DNA of 64,000 bases from Macrostomum lignano (Eukaryota): the NCBI GenBank assembly GCA_002269645.1, contig NIVC01000607.1, positions 11,694 through 75,693 on the forward strand, in the 5' to 3' direction. Positions 29,804-51,725 of this stretch are shown piece after piece (position 1 is the first letter of the stretch; each line of letters opens with the position of its first letter). A program made the position numbers and the translations under genes. The notes below the pieces were generated by a model. It was not told the DNA's origin. It was given only the letters and a program-made list of their open reading frames with translations, and ran no database searches.

Positions 29804-30374
29804 GCCCCCCTGCAAAACTTGATGGTATGAATATACCTTGCATTGAATTCATAACATAACCTGCACCCATCCTCAACTCATCTGAATCGTCTTAACATTG
29901 ATTAGCTTAGCTACTGCAGTGCTGTACTCTGCCCAAACAGCAGCAGCAGCAGCAGGCTGAGAACACTTCCCAAAGCTGCAGGTGTAAGTCAGGGAGAGCA
30001 CAGTCAGAAAAGAAAGGGAATGAGGGGAAGAGAAAGAGAGAGTAGGAGGGGGAGAGACGGTGACATGAAAGCTTAGAAATTTCCTTCCCTCTCCTACCGG
30101 AATCCCCCAGCAGGCAGTTGCGAACAAATTGGAAGAAGCTTCCGTTTTGCTGCAGTGGCTAAGCTGGTTATAGAGAGGCAAAAACGGTCTGGATCTATCT
30201 GCTTTTTCTGCAGCCAATAGCTCTGGCAGAATCCTAGCTCTCGTCATTCTTTTGGCTGCCACAGTTCTCAACTTCCATTTTTTACCTTCTTTTCCAATCC
30301 CAAGCGACCAGAAGCAGAAACAGAAGCAGCAGCACGCCAAAGCCGCTAAGCCCTACCGACGACCAGAAGCAGCA

Positions 30375-31544
30375 ATGGAAGCCAGCAACGCCAGAGCGGG
30401 AACTGGTCATCAAGATGGCAAAGACGCTGTAAACCAGGACAAGATTTGGAGACAGTTTCTTGAGAATGAGCAACGGCTTGACAAGCAGTGGTAAGTTGTG
30501 CGTGACCATGGTGATCTGTCAGTCAGCTTGTCTTTCCATCTGTTAATCAGGCTGTCTTTCTACCTGTCAATCAGCCTGTCTTCTAACCTATCAATCAGAC
30601 TGTCTTCCTACCTGTCAATCAGCCTGTCTTCTAACCTGTTAATCAGCCTGTCTTCTAACCTGTTAATCAGCCTGTCTTCCTACCTGTCAATCAGCCTGTC
30701 TTCCTACTGGTCAATCAGGTTGTCTTCCTACCTGTTAATCAGGCTGTCTTCCTACCTGTCAATCAGCCTGTCTTCTAACCTGTTAATCAGCCGGTCTTCC
30801 TACCCGTCAATCAGGCTCTTTTAATACCTGTAAATCCTGTCTTTCCACGTGTTAACCAGCCTGTCTTCCTACCTGTTAACCAGCCTGTCAATCAGCATGT
30901 CTTCTAACCTGTTAATCAGCCGGTCTTTTTACCTGTCAATCAGGCTGTCTTAATACCTGTAAATCCTGTCTTCCCACGTGTCAATCAGCCTGTCTTCTAA
31001 CCTGTTAATCAGCTTGTCTTCCTACCTGTCAATCAGCCTGTCTTCCTACTCGTCAACTCGTCAAAACAGCCTGTCTTTCTACCTGTCAATCAGGCTGTTT
31101 TTGCACCTGTCAATCAGCCATACTATCTGTCAATCAGCTTGTCAGAATCTGAATCAGAATCTGAATGTAATCATTAATTTAGCTACATTTTTAATTTCAC
31201 ACGCACGCAGGGAGCAGAACTGGGGCTTCATCTGCGAGTTTGATCCAAAGGTAACCACTCTAAGCTACTCAAAAAACTATATTGCAATTTTCTAAAGTTC
31301 ATTCTGTACATGTACTTCAATACAAAATCATCCACCGATTGCTCTGCTTCAGGGCAATCCCAAGACTAAGAAAGTTCTCCCGGAAGAAGCATCTGTTTAT
31401 TCCGAGAAGGTGCCGAACACGGACGCTGGTAACTATGGCAACCGATTGGCAACGGAGGCTGGACAGCGAGTGGCGCAGATGCAGGCCAAATTTGAGACGC
31501 AGAATCGCAGATCAAAGCCGGACAAGGATATCATTTGTTACTGA
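30375..31544 (+). CDS. C2orf50: C2orf50/CIMIP5-like ciliary microtubule inner protein, 115 aa
   Basis: Exons 30375-30490 (MEASNAR...VNQDKIWRQFLENEQRLDKQW), 31211-31250 (EQNWGFICEFDPK) and 31353-31544 (GNPKTKKVLPEEASVYSEKVPNTDAGNYGNRL...DIICY*). Canonical splice sites, phases 2 and 0. The QDKIWR...E...W..NW.F...DP.GN pattern matches the C2orf50 family. Confidence 0.85.
30515..31140. repeat. 24-bp minisatellite in C2orf50-like intron 1
   Basis: ACCTGTCAATCAGCCTGTCTTCCT units. Confidence 0.88.
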
Positions 31545-31804
31545 GCACAGGATAAACGGACCAATTATTTGTTTAACTAAGCCAGCGTACAGATAAATTA
31601 TTATTCTACTTCGTATGAGCGTATTTTGAAAATTCATAAAATAGATAAAACTTGAAGCGATCGATATGCGATCTTTTGCAAAAACGATGAACGCAATTCA
31701 ATACAATTAAATAAAAACAAACTTCAAATCTTAAATGTTCCTTCTTTTAACGACCAATTATGCCATCTTTCAGCAATTTTACTAAACCGGGCATAACAAA
31801 GAAA

Positions 31805-32735
31805 AGGTCTATTGAACAGGTGAAAGGGCCTATTGAACAGGTGAAAGGGCCTATTGAACAGGTGAAAGAGCCTATTGAACAGGTGAAAGGGCCCATTGAA
31901 CAGGTGAAAGGGTCTATTGAACAGGTGAAAGAGCCTATTGAACAGGTGAAAGGGCCCATTGAACAGGTGAAAGGGCCTATTGAACAGGTGAAAGGGCCTA
32001 TTGAACAGGTGAAAGAGCCTATTGAACAGGTGAAAGAGCCTATTGAACAGGTGAAAGGGCCCATTGAACAGGTGAAAGGGTCTATTGAACAGGTGAAAGG
32101 GCCTATTGAACAGGTGAAAGAGCCTATTGAACAGGTGAAAGGGCCCATTGAACAGGTGAAAGGGCCTATTGAACAGGTGAAATGGCCTGTTGAACAGGTG
32201 AAAGGGCTTATTGAACAGGTAAAAGAGCATATTAAACAGGTGAAAAGGGTCTATTGAACAGGTGAAAGAGCATATTAAACAGGTGAAAAGGGTCTATTGA
32301 ACAGGTGAAAGGGTCTACTGAACAGGTGAAATGGCCTATTGAACAGGTGAAAGGGCCTATTGAACAGGTGAAAGAGCATATTAAACAGGTGAAAAGGGTC
32401 TATTGAACAGGTAAAAGGGTCTATTGACCAGGTGAAAGGGCTTATTGAACAGGTAAAAGGGTCTATTGAACAGGTGAAAGGGCCTATTGAACAGGTGAAA
32501 GGGCCTATTGAACAGGTGAAAGGGCCTATTGAACAGGTGAAAGGGCATATTGAACAGGTGAAAGAGCATATTAAACAGGTGAAAAGGGTCTATTGAACAA
32601 GTGAAAAGGCCTATTGAACAAGTGAAAGAGCCTATTGAACAGGTAAAAAGTTCTATTAAACAGGTGAAAAGGCCTATTAAACAGGTAAAAGGTTCTATTG
32701 AACAGGTGAAAGGGTCTATTGAACAGGTGAAAGTT
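31805..32735. repeat. 21-bp minisatellite
   Basis: ATTGAACAGGTGAAAGGGCCT units. Confidence 0.93.
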
Positions 32736-33943
32736 TATTAGAACCATAAGAAAGAAATTAAATACCTGGTAAAATAAATCATAACGCAGTACAAAGACAG
32801 TAGCATGTGTTGTTTGCTCTTTTTTCTTTCTCATTCGTGATAGCTTTTTACTAAGTATAGTTTCTGCTTAATATTTTATTCAAATTTTATTGCTGAGCTG
32901 AGCGAGAAAGCAAAACACAATACAATTTGAAAAACAAACAAAAATAACGCAGAGAAAAAACATTAAAAACAGGGAGCAAACAACAAAGATTTTAAGTGAT
33001 GGGATTAAAGGATAAAAAAGGAAATTGACTGGTAGAACTGGTTTCTGAAAACAACGGATATAAAAGTTTGTTTTATATTTTATTGCATTCATTTGAATTA
33101 TTAATAATTAGAAAGTTGAAATTGCCAAATATTTATTGCATCAGTGACCAAACAAGAGCGCTGCATTTAAAGCTATTAAGAAACTAATTAAAATTTACTT
33201 AATTATATAGGAAGAAAAGGTTGGAAACAGCTTGATTTGCTGTGAACTGTGAATAGCGATTCACGACAGACACACAGTCTCTGCTCTTTAACACTGCTCT
33301 GCCAGTCTTATCACAGGCGAATTACGAAATTATTTATCATATATATAAACATAAAACTGATTTATTTACCATATGCGCTTCATGCTACTTAAAACAAATT
33401 AACGGCGACAGTAGGAAAAATAGAAAATTTAATTATTAGATAAATTTAAATATTTTCATTAATACATTTCATGCCTACTTCGGTACATAGAAGACAGGAA
33501 GAAAAGGACAAGATTTCGGCGGCCCATATTTATATTTTGACGTCCTAATCTATTTCCAGTAGTAACTTAAGCTTAAGTTAAAATAAGTTAAGCAATAATC
33601 ATTTATTCAGTAGCACAGTGAAACAAATTAGCTTTAGAAATTAGTTTAACTATTAATTTACAAATGTAACAAGTTCTAAACCCAGTCACATATTCCACTA
33701 TTGGTAATAACCACAGATACTGCAGTAACTAGATATGTCGTTCGCAATTAAAATTGTTAAAAAGCAGAGCCACTACTCATTATTCAGTAGTTTGTCTGAG
33801 CAGTGCCACTCGAATTTTATGTGGCAGCTAAAATTTCCTTTTCTTCCTCGGGGTTTACTAACTCCGGACCAAATGGGGTTAAGAATGAACCACAAGCAGT
33901 TAACTCGATGTTACAACAAGTAAACGCAAGGGGGACAAAACAA

Positions 33944-34160
33944 GGGGCAGGCCTAATCTGGCTCAGCCAATGAGAGAGCAGTAAGGAGAGAGGTCAAAGT
34001 CAGAAGGACGAAACTCAGTTTAGGGGGCAGGCCTAATCTGGCTCAGCCAATGAGAGAGCAGTAAGGAGAGAGGTCAAAGTCAGACGAACGAAACTCAGCC
34101 TAGGGGTGGGGGGCAATTCAGATCAGCCAATGAGAGAGCAGTAAGGAGAGAGGTCAAAGT
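33944..34160. repeat. ~80-bp tandem repeat, about 3 copies, each with a CCAAT box
   Basis: GGGGCAGGCCTAATCTGGCTCAGCCAATGAGAGAGCAGTAAGGAGAGGTCAAAGTCA at 33944 and 34024, plus a partial third copy. Confidence 0.8.
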
Positions 34161-34864
34161 CACACACAAGCGGGCAAGAGGAAAGCAAAAACTAGTTTAT
34201 CGGCCTGGCTGCAGGCTGGGGCGCCACCCCTTTTCTCTTGCTCGCCACGCACACGCGCTGGATTTGGCTCTCTCTTTTTAAATAATTTCGAGTCTGAGGC
34301 AGTCTGGAGTCGGTAAAACAAGGAAGATGCAAACTTAGTGGACCGTGTTTGTAGAGAACCAGAAGCAATTATTTCAGCTTGAAATACGTAAATATCTTGT
34401 AAAATTTCATAACTTTTTTCTTTACTTATTACTAAAGACAAAAAACGCAGATTCTGCTACTGAAAAAGGGTAGGTGAGTGCATTTTTTGCGAGTGACATA
34501 TCTACTGATTCTAACATCTGTCGTAATACTCGTAACTAGCAAACTACAGTTTTTTTACAATACGGCACTAGCGCCATTATAAATTATCGTTCAAAGCAGT
34601 TTATGCTCAATAATTTAGAGTTGAGTGCTCATCATACTTGTTACTAAACACTAAACAGCAAGCAATGAAATCAAGTTTTGCAGTCTCGCAAAGCTGAAGA
34701 AAACAAAATATAGCATTTATTAGAACATTTATTAAACACATTTGCGCCAGAAAAAACCGTGCAGACACTGACGTTCAAAATTGTTGCGCTTGACTTTTTG
34801 CTTGAATATAGAAGAAGCCGATCAGCAACAGGTGAATTTATTCTGATGAAGGTCGGATTGCACT

Positions 34865-43095
<8,231 letters not shown>

Positions 43096-45055
43096 AGTTG
43101 GTTGAGAGCCAAGTTTAGTTAGCTTTCACGGTTGGTAACAAAGATTGAGAAGTATGAATGACTTTTTATGAAGAAAAAAAATGCGTATTTTTCTGCAATA
43201 AAAATAGTTTATTAAGAAATTTAATTTAATTAATTAAAATGCTAAGCTATAAACACACATTAAATTATGTCTAAATTTTATCTACTCACTTTAGTTAGTT
43301 TAAACTCATTATGAAAATAAAAATATAGGGACAAGTATTGAGTAGTCCCTAATAGGATAACTATTTATGAGGTATTTATTTCAGTTTCACTATATAAATA
43401 ATACTGGCAATATTTATATGGACCATGCAAATGATGCTTGTCTTACTTTAAACCAAAAAATGGCCATGGTCTGTGCACTACCCCTAAGTTGTTTTTGCAC
43501 TGTGGACTAGTGATAGACCAAATATGGGTTTTTGCAAGTTTCCAAAACCAAATCCAACTGTACAAAAAATTTTTGAATCTGAATCTGAATATTTGAATAT
43601 GTTTCCAAATGTAAGCAAAAAGTAAAAGGTAAATGACTGGAGTAACTATGACACTTTTAAGGAACAAATTGTTAGCAAACTCCTATCCCGGCTGATGAAA
43701 TCCAATTTCCAGCTTGTAGTGCACATTTTTCTGATGGGTACAACAGTATTATCTTAGCATTTATTTGCTTGCAGTTGTATCATTGGTATTAAGAAAAGAT
43801 GTGCAGCTTGAAAGCTATTGCTTACAAGTAGTATATAGTTTGCAAAGTAAAGAAATTAACAATTGATTAACAAGTTCTAAGCCAATTATCCTAGTCTTGA
43901 CTTCTTTATATTTTTATAGTTTTCTACAATTGTAAGTCTTAATTATTTAAATTTATTTCTTTTTAAACTGGTAAAACTAAGTAGACATGCTTATTTAATT
44001 AGCTTAGACTACTTGTAGAAAATCAGACAACTTTTGCAGCTTTGAAAACTTTAAATATTGTTTAAAACTAGATAAATTTTTATTTCACTTTTATAGGCCT
44101 AAAAGCAAAAATGCTAATTTTGCTATTGAAAAAAGTAGAGAAATGCATTTTTTACAAGTGAGATTTCTAGTTATTCTAATATCTATGGGTGCACTTGAAC
44201 CAATGAGCAATCTTTGGCTCTCTTAGATGGGCTAGGTCTAATTAGCTAAGCTTGTCAATTGTATGCCCCCAAATTATCTCTAGCCTCTATATCTAAATTT
44301 GTTGTCATTAGGTTATTATACACATTTGCATTGGTTAATTAATATTCAAAAGGGAATTGTTAGCCCAAATCTAAGACATTAGTGATTTGGGATAGGCCTA
44401 TATTAGTAATATAGAGGCCTAGCTTATATAAATAAGTTCATAATGAGTACAAAAGGTATATTTTAAGTTTTGTTCTAATAATACATTCAACTAGGGGCTA
44501 TGGCAAGATGAAATTTCAAATTGCTTCCATATAACCCACCTGCTTTGCCTTGCACTTAACTAGTTTATTATATAGAATCACAAGACAATAAATAATGAAT
44601 AGTTCTCTGATTCTTCTTTGATACAAATTAGCCTATTAGGCCTATAAATATAAATCTAAGGGAATTAGGCTAGGGATAGACTGATTGTCTCTAGATGCAA
44701 CCTTTATGCTCAGTTACCAAAGTCAATCTATCTAGCAGAGTAATAGACTAGGTCCAAGAACCTATATAACTTTTGCCAACACATTTTCAGACACATCCTT
44801 TAACACTTTTTTATAACACTCAAAATGTCATATGTTTCTATAAGTATAGGAAAAAGTATCAATACTGTTGGTAGATAGTGTTAGGGCTATATATCAATCT
44901 ATATACTGTATAAGTACAACTAGGCCTACATGATATAATGGGATTGCAAGTTTCATAATTGCAAGTTGTAATTATATTTTGCTAGACCTTATTAATCTGT
45001 TGCTATATATATAATGTACATGTAGGATAGTTTTTTCTTATAATATAAATCAGTG

Positions 45056-45768
45056 GGTTGACGTGGGTCGACGCCAACTGGAGAGATGGCTCAGTGTGCT
45101 TGGCTATGCTGATGACCTTGCCCTGCTGTCCTTGACCGTCGAGGGCGCCCAATGACAGCTGGATAGGCTGGTTGCTGTTGCGGCAAGTGTCGGCCTGGTG
45201 GTCAACACACAGAAGAATGTCGTGCTATGTATGCCGGATGACACCAAGGCTGCAATCTTCTGCCAAGGCGCTGACGGACAGGTGAGTGAGCTTCCAAGAT
45301 GTCAGCAGTTTGTCTACCTTGGCAGTCTGGTTCCCCAACATCCACGAGGATCTGTGGCGTCGCCAAGGACTTGCCTGGGCTGCCTTTTGTTCTATAAGGT
45401 CAGTCCTGCAGTCCAAGGCCCTACCGGACCGCCAGAGGGTGGCACTGTTCCAGGCAGTGATTGAGACTGTCATCGCGCCGGCCTGGCCTGTCCTAGCGAT
45501 CTGCTGCACCGTCGGCGACTCCAGTTGGCAGGCCATGTCATCTGCACCGAGGCCTAGGGCCTACTGTCCAGAGCCAGTACTTACGTTGCAGGCACCCTAC
45601 CGGTGGGGACAGACAAGGACGAGGACTCGGCGCTACGTTGACTGTCTGCTGGCTGACACCGGTGCTCCGGACTCTGCTAGTGGTGTAGCCTTTGTTTGCG
45701 CCCAAGCTTCAAAGCGTGCCATCTGATGCTGCTTTTGCGAACTGACAGCGTACTCTGTTGTTGTTTAT
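45056..45768 (+). mobile_element. 5'-truncated, internally deleted RTE-like LINE fragment
   Basis: RT motif VLGYADDLALL, then FVYLGS, RRQGLAWAAF, RRLQLAGHV and RGRP-like C-terminal remnants, with stops and frameshifts. (TGT)n tail. 12-bp TSD TATAAATCAGTG at 45044-45055 and 45769-45780. Confidence 0.85.
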
Positions 45769-46814
45769 TATAAATCAGTGAATCTTAAAAGATCCCTTCA
45801 TCATGGGAGAAGAACTCTTTTCCAAATCACAAACTTATATGTAGGCCTAATGGTTCAATTTACTGTAAGTGTAGGCTATATTTATATTTATATGAATGAA
45901 CATTAATTTGAATGAATCTATTATATACATAATAGGCCTAATTTTTTATTTTGTAGGCCTATTAATTTGACTGCAATAACTTTAACATTGAACATGACTT
46001 TCATTGTTTCATGTACAATTCATATTGTATCTAGTCAAAGTGTTGGAAGATATGTCTGAAAATGTGTCAGCAAAAGTTATAAAAGTGGTCTAAAATGAGC
46101 TTGTGCTTGCCTACTAGGAGAAACAAGTTTATTCACAATATGTCTATCAATTTAGACCTGCTAGGCCCTATTCTATAAAAACCCTAGGTAGGCCTATCTT
46201 GCTCCTTGCACAAATTCTAGCCACCCTAAATGCTATACCATGATATTGCATATTTTAGCAAGGTTCAATGATGGACAAGGTGCCAGAAGCCTTTGCAGAT
46301 AGGCTAGGCCTAGGCTAACCTGTCATTTTGGTAGTTGTGAGCTTGTTGTTCCGTGATGAGCAACTTCTCTGTTCACATTTAAGGCTTTGTATTGCTAGGC
46401 CATCAGAGAGTCGAGAGACCACTTTGAAACTCAGAAACTGCTTGAATTTGTTGAAGATTATAAGAGCCAAAGGTCCATTTTATTATTGGATTCAACCCAC
46501 TTCGGCGAAGGAATTTTTGGCGAAAGTCAATAACGGCGAAAAAGACTATATATATACATAGAATAATATATATATCTAGATAATATATATATAGAAAATA
46601 TCTGTGCTGAAGACGACGAAGAGAGTTTAAATGGCGAGTTTAAGGCTTTTAACAAATTAAAAAACAAACTGCATGACCAAAAAACAAACAGTAAAAATGA
46701 ACGAATTTAGCAAATTAAATTGATAAATAAAAAAAGTCGCTTGCGCTAAAAAGTTAAAGTAAAATTAAATTCGTTCATTGTAATTATATATACGTTGGTG
46801 CATTCACTTCTATA

Positions 46815-47374
46815 CTGCAGCAACAGTCAAAAGTTCCACCCTCCAAATTGCGAAAACTTCACACTCACAATTCAACCCTCAAGTTACGCAACTATAAAGC
46901 CGCCGCGAGGAAGGGAAAGTTGATTGAATATCAATACTCGTAGTAAACGTCAGTCGCACAAATCATAAATTTTTTATGCAATATATTCAGTCGCACTCAG
47001 CCCAAGGATGAGGGGCGCAGAAAGTCCTGGGGAAGCTGCTCCGAAGCGTTTTCAATGGCATGACGCAGAGCTCTCCGCAAAATTCATGGTGGATTCTATT
47101 TTCGAATGTTGCGTTTTAGGAAGTCCCCAGACATGCTCGATGGAATTCATGTCTGGGGACCGGGAAGGCCAGCGCAGAGTGCGCAGCTGTAGCTGTTCTT
47201 TCGGTTGACTGACAGCCGGCTTGGTGTGGCGGCGCGTTGTCCTCCTGGACCATTAAGCAGACCCAAGCCCCCAAGCGGCAATAATTAGCTTTGCGCGTGC
47301 CGTATGTTGCGTCACTCGCGACAAGTGAAAAAATCATCTCGCTTAGTGGGGTGGAACTTTTGACTGTTGCTGAG
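46815..47374 (-). mobile_element. Internally deleted Tc1/mariner-type DNA transposon
   Basis: TIRs CT(G)CAGCAACAGTCAAAAGTTCCACCC at both ends, flanked by TA. Minus-strand transposase remnant QEDNAPPH...(frameshift) RWPSRSPDMNSIEHVWG. Confidence 0.85.
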
Positions 47375-47997
47375 TATAATTCAAAAAGCTCTCAGTTTGC
47401 TATGCTTGCGCTGGAATCGTCGCAAACTGTCCTTGTGCAATCAGCTGAGCCGTCTGGGGCTCTGCTAGTGACGGCACCTAGCTGCATGATTGAGCGCCTA
47501 GGGCCAACAGTAGTAGAAAGTTCCACCTGTACAAATCACGCGTAGTTAGAGAGAAAACCGTTTTCTGGATATATTGCTGATGTAAAACTACTGTTCGATA
47601 TTTTCAATGCTGCCATCCACCCCATCCGGTTACAGTTGATGGCATATGTTGACAAGCGATCTTCTCACACAGGTATACGCTGCATGTACTGTAAATCTCT
47701 AGGGTGTATTCATGCAGTTGCAAAGTGCAGAGTTCTACATGTATTATACTCTCGTACACATTTGTAAAGCAAGTTTTTATGAGCAAAGAGTGATTTAAAG
47801 CTCATTCGAACTTTGGCCTCATTTGATGACGGTGTGAACGACGAGCCTTTGGTGCTGTTGCGAAAGTGTTTGATTAATTTGTGTTCAATCGAATACTTGA
47901 ATTCGCGGATTATTTGTGGAGCCACCCCTAATCCTTCGATTGTACTTTGTACAAGTATGTACCAGCGTGCATTCGATAGATAGACAGTTAAACACTA

Positions 47998-48956
<959 letters not shown>

Positions 48957-49059
48957 CTAAGACACTAAGACACTAAGACACTAAGACAGACACACTGACT
49001 TGACCATAGCTTTAATTTTATTTGTCCTGTTTTATCCACTGATCTCAATCTGGCCGAGT

Positions 49060-51290
49060 GGCAGACGGAGTTTTGCAAGCTGGATCTCCCGCCCGGTCGG
49101 TTGGTTTTTATCCTTGATGGAATTTCTAGCGGCTTTCGTATCACTAATCGTCGGATGCGTGGCGACGAGCTGGTTGAGGTGGCAAACTACCATGTACTCC
49201 TCGGTTTCTATGCACCAAGAGAGGGTCGCGCGTCAGATTGCTAATGAGCTTCGTCTCGGTCGTTATCGTCTCTACGCTGCTGGTGACAAACCTCGCATTG
49301 TCAGCGTCCTTGGTGCGTTGCCGAAGTCAAATGGTGGCGTTCGCTTAATCCATGACTGCAGCCGGCCGCAAGGGAAGTCTGTCAATTCCGCTAACGAGAG
49401 CGAGCAGAGACTGCGTTTCACCTATGTCCAGAACTTCGCTAAGAGGCTTAAGAAGAATTACTTTATGTGCAAAATCGATCTCAGCGAAGCTTATCGCTCA
49501 TGCGGGATCCATCCTGACGACCACCTACCAGTTTACCGGTTTGAAGTTTCGGTTAGGTGGTGCTGCTCGCGACACCTACATGGTGGACACGCGCCTGCCA
49601 TTTGGTGCGGCTGCTTCCGTCAGAGAGGTCATCTCAGCAAGGCGGTCAGGCTGATGATGGTGCACCGCGGCTTCGTCAATACCGAGGCCTATCTGGACGA
49701 TTTTGCCTTTTGCGGCTCGTAAGACGAGTGCGAAGCCTTCTTCAATGTGTTGACATCAACGCTGATGGCCAAGCTGGGGTTCACTGTGAACTGGGCGAAG
49801 TGTCAGCGGCCTTCGAAGATGATGACGTTCCTCGGTGTGGAGCTCGACACCGTCAAGGGCCTGAAGCGGCTTTCAAACGAAAAAGTGGAGAAGCTTTTAG
49901 AGCAGCTGGACGAGATTGCTGCCAAGGATCGCATCAGCAAGCAAGGTTTACAGCAGATCATCGGCAGGCTGGTGTGGGCTTCGCTGGTGATCGAATGTGG
50001 TCGGCCCTTCTATCAGTACCTGAGTTCGCGCTCTAACAGCTTGACCGTTGGTCAGCAAGATGAGGTATATGCGGCCCTGCGTAGCCAGCTGCGCTGGTGG
50101 AAGTCTGCTCTGTTGGCCCAGAGGTGGAAGACTTTCTGGTTCAATGGCGATTTCGATGCTGCGATTGAGTCGGACGCCTGCCTGGTGGGCGGTGCAGCCG
50201 TGTTGCGGTTGTCGGGTGGCGTGAGTGACTGGGCACTACGTTACTGGGACCTCGACGCGAATGCTTTTTTTGGGACCTGCCAATCAATTACAAGGAGGCC
50301 GTTGCGCCTCTAATGGCGTTGCTTTCGTGGCGGGACCGCCTGCGCAACTGTCGGCTGTGCATCTACTGCGATAATATGGCAGCGGTGCCCTCTGGTGATG
50401 ATGCTGTTGCAGACGGTGGGGCTGCTTTGCATTCGTCAGAACATTCAGCTGTGTGCTTACCACGTGCCAGGGCCGTTTCAAATTTTTGCTGACGCCGCTT
50501 CTCGGCTGCATGAGGGCAGTCAGTTGTTGAATTTTTTGCTGCGCTATCACGGTTCTCTGATGCGTCCCCCTCAGCCGCAGAGCCCGTGAACTACTCGGTT
50601 CCTCCTACGCGGCCCGCTCGAAAAGCGCCATCAGCTCACACGTGCGGTCCTGGCGCGCGTACTGGTCAGCCAAGGGACTCGACCCTGCCGGGTGCACTGT
50701 GTCCGCGCTGCTAAACTACCTGGCTGGCATCACGGGCACGCGTCTGCGAGCCTACAGTAGCATTCGTGGTCACGTCAGCTCGCTTTCAACTGTGGTTTCG
50801 GCAGAACGGCGCACAGGATCTGAAAAAGCACACCAGCATCTGCTGTGGGGCTGCATGCGAGCGCTGGGGCTTCAGGTTAACCAGAAGCTACTGATGTCTC
50901 CGTCTGTGCTGCAAAATCTGTGGTCTATGGTTGACGAGGGCGACAATCGGCAACTGGCCTGCTGGGCGGCCACCATCACGGCCTGGTGGGGAATGCTGCG
51001 AAAATCGTCACTCCTTCGGTCCCAAACTCAGTTGGGTAGTGGGATGAGGGTGCAAGATCTGGCATCTCATCGTGCGGCCTCATCTTGAGCTTGGATTTTG
51101 GCAAGACTATCCAGTTCCGGGATCGGGTGCACCGTGTCCTGCTGCCGAAGTTCCGCGCCTGCCCCGCGCTCTGCCCGGTGGAGGCGATTCGCCGACACCT
51201 GTGCGTCAACAAGCCGCCCTTCTTCCGCCCTAAGTGCTCATTTTTGACGGTGGTATTCCCGCTGGTTTGTTTTTTCCCCTGTGCCTAACT
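49060..51290 (+). mobile_element. Degenerate DIRS/Ngaro-type tyrosine-recombinase retrotransposon (RT, RNase H, YR)
   Basis: RT: VRLIHDCS, KIDLSEAYR, RLPFG, YLDDF, FLGVELD. RNase H: ESDAC, CDN, HVPG...ADAASR. YR: WWGMLRKSSL, KTIQFRDR, LCPVEAI. Several frameshifts and a premature stop at 49720-49722. The YR is C-terminally truncated and no gag or termini were seen. Confidence 0.88.
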
Positions 51291-51725
51291 GCTGGTATTA
51301 GTCCTGTTGTGTTTGGCTTTGGAGGCCCTTTTCGATTCTGTGACAAATGCCAGCCTTTGTAGCTGGAAGCACTAAATGCTTGATCGAGCGATTGCTGAAC
51401 TGTGTTTGCCGTCTTGATCAGGCTTACTACTAATGCTTCTGTGTTTATCAACGGCAAATATATTGTAACAAAAAATTCAGACGGGAGTTCATGTATGCAG
51501 CCATGCAGAGTATATATTTGATATTTGAGGGAATGGCCAGTTTCCCAGCAGTCAGGTTTAGCCGAATTGACATAATTAAAATTGGCTGAAAATCATTTAC
51601 AGCTGCTCTATAGTTTGCTTTTGCCAGTTAGGTTGATATTTTGTTACCAGGCAATGTGGATCATTTTAGTGATGGCTCTGGGGATTCGGTGTCCATGCAG
51701 CTCGAGCTTACAACAGTTTCATATT

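Noticed and set aside
47400-47980. Short ORFs between the Tc1 remnant and the GACA tract
   Set aside because: No recognisable motifs or consistent splice structure.
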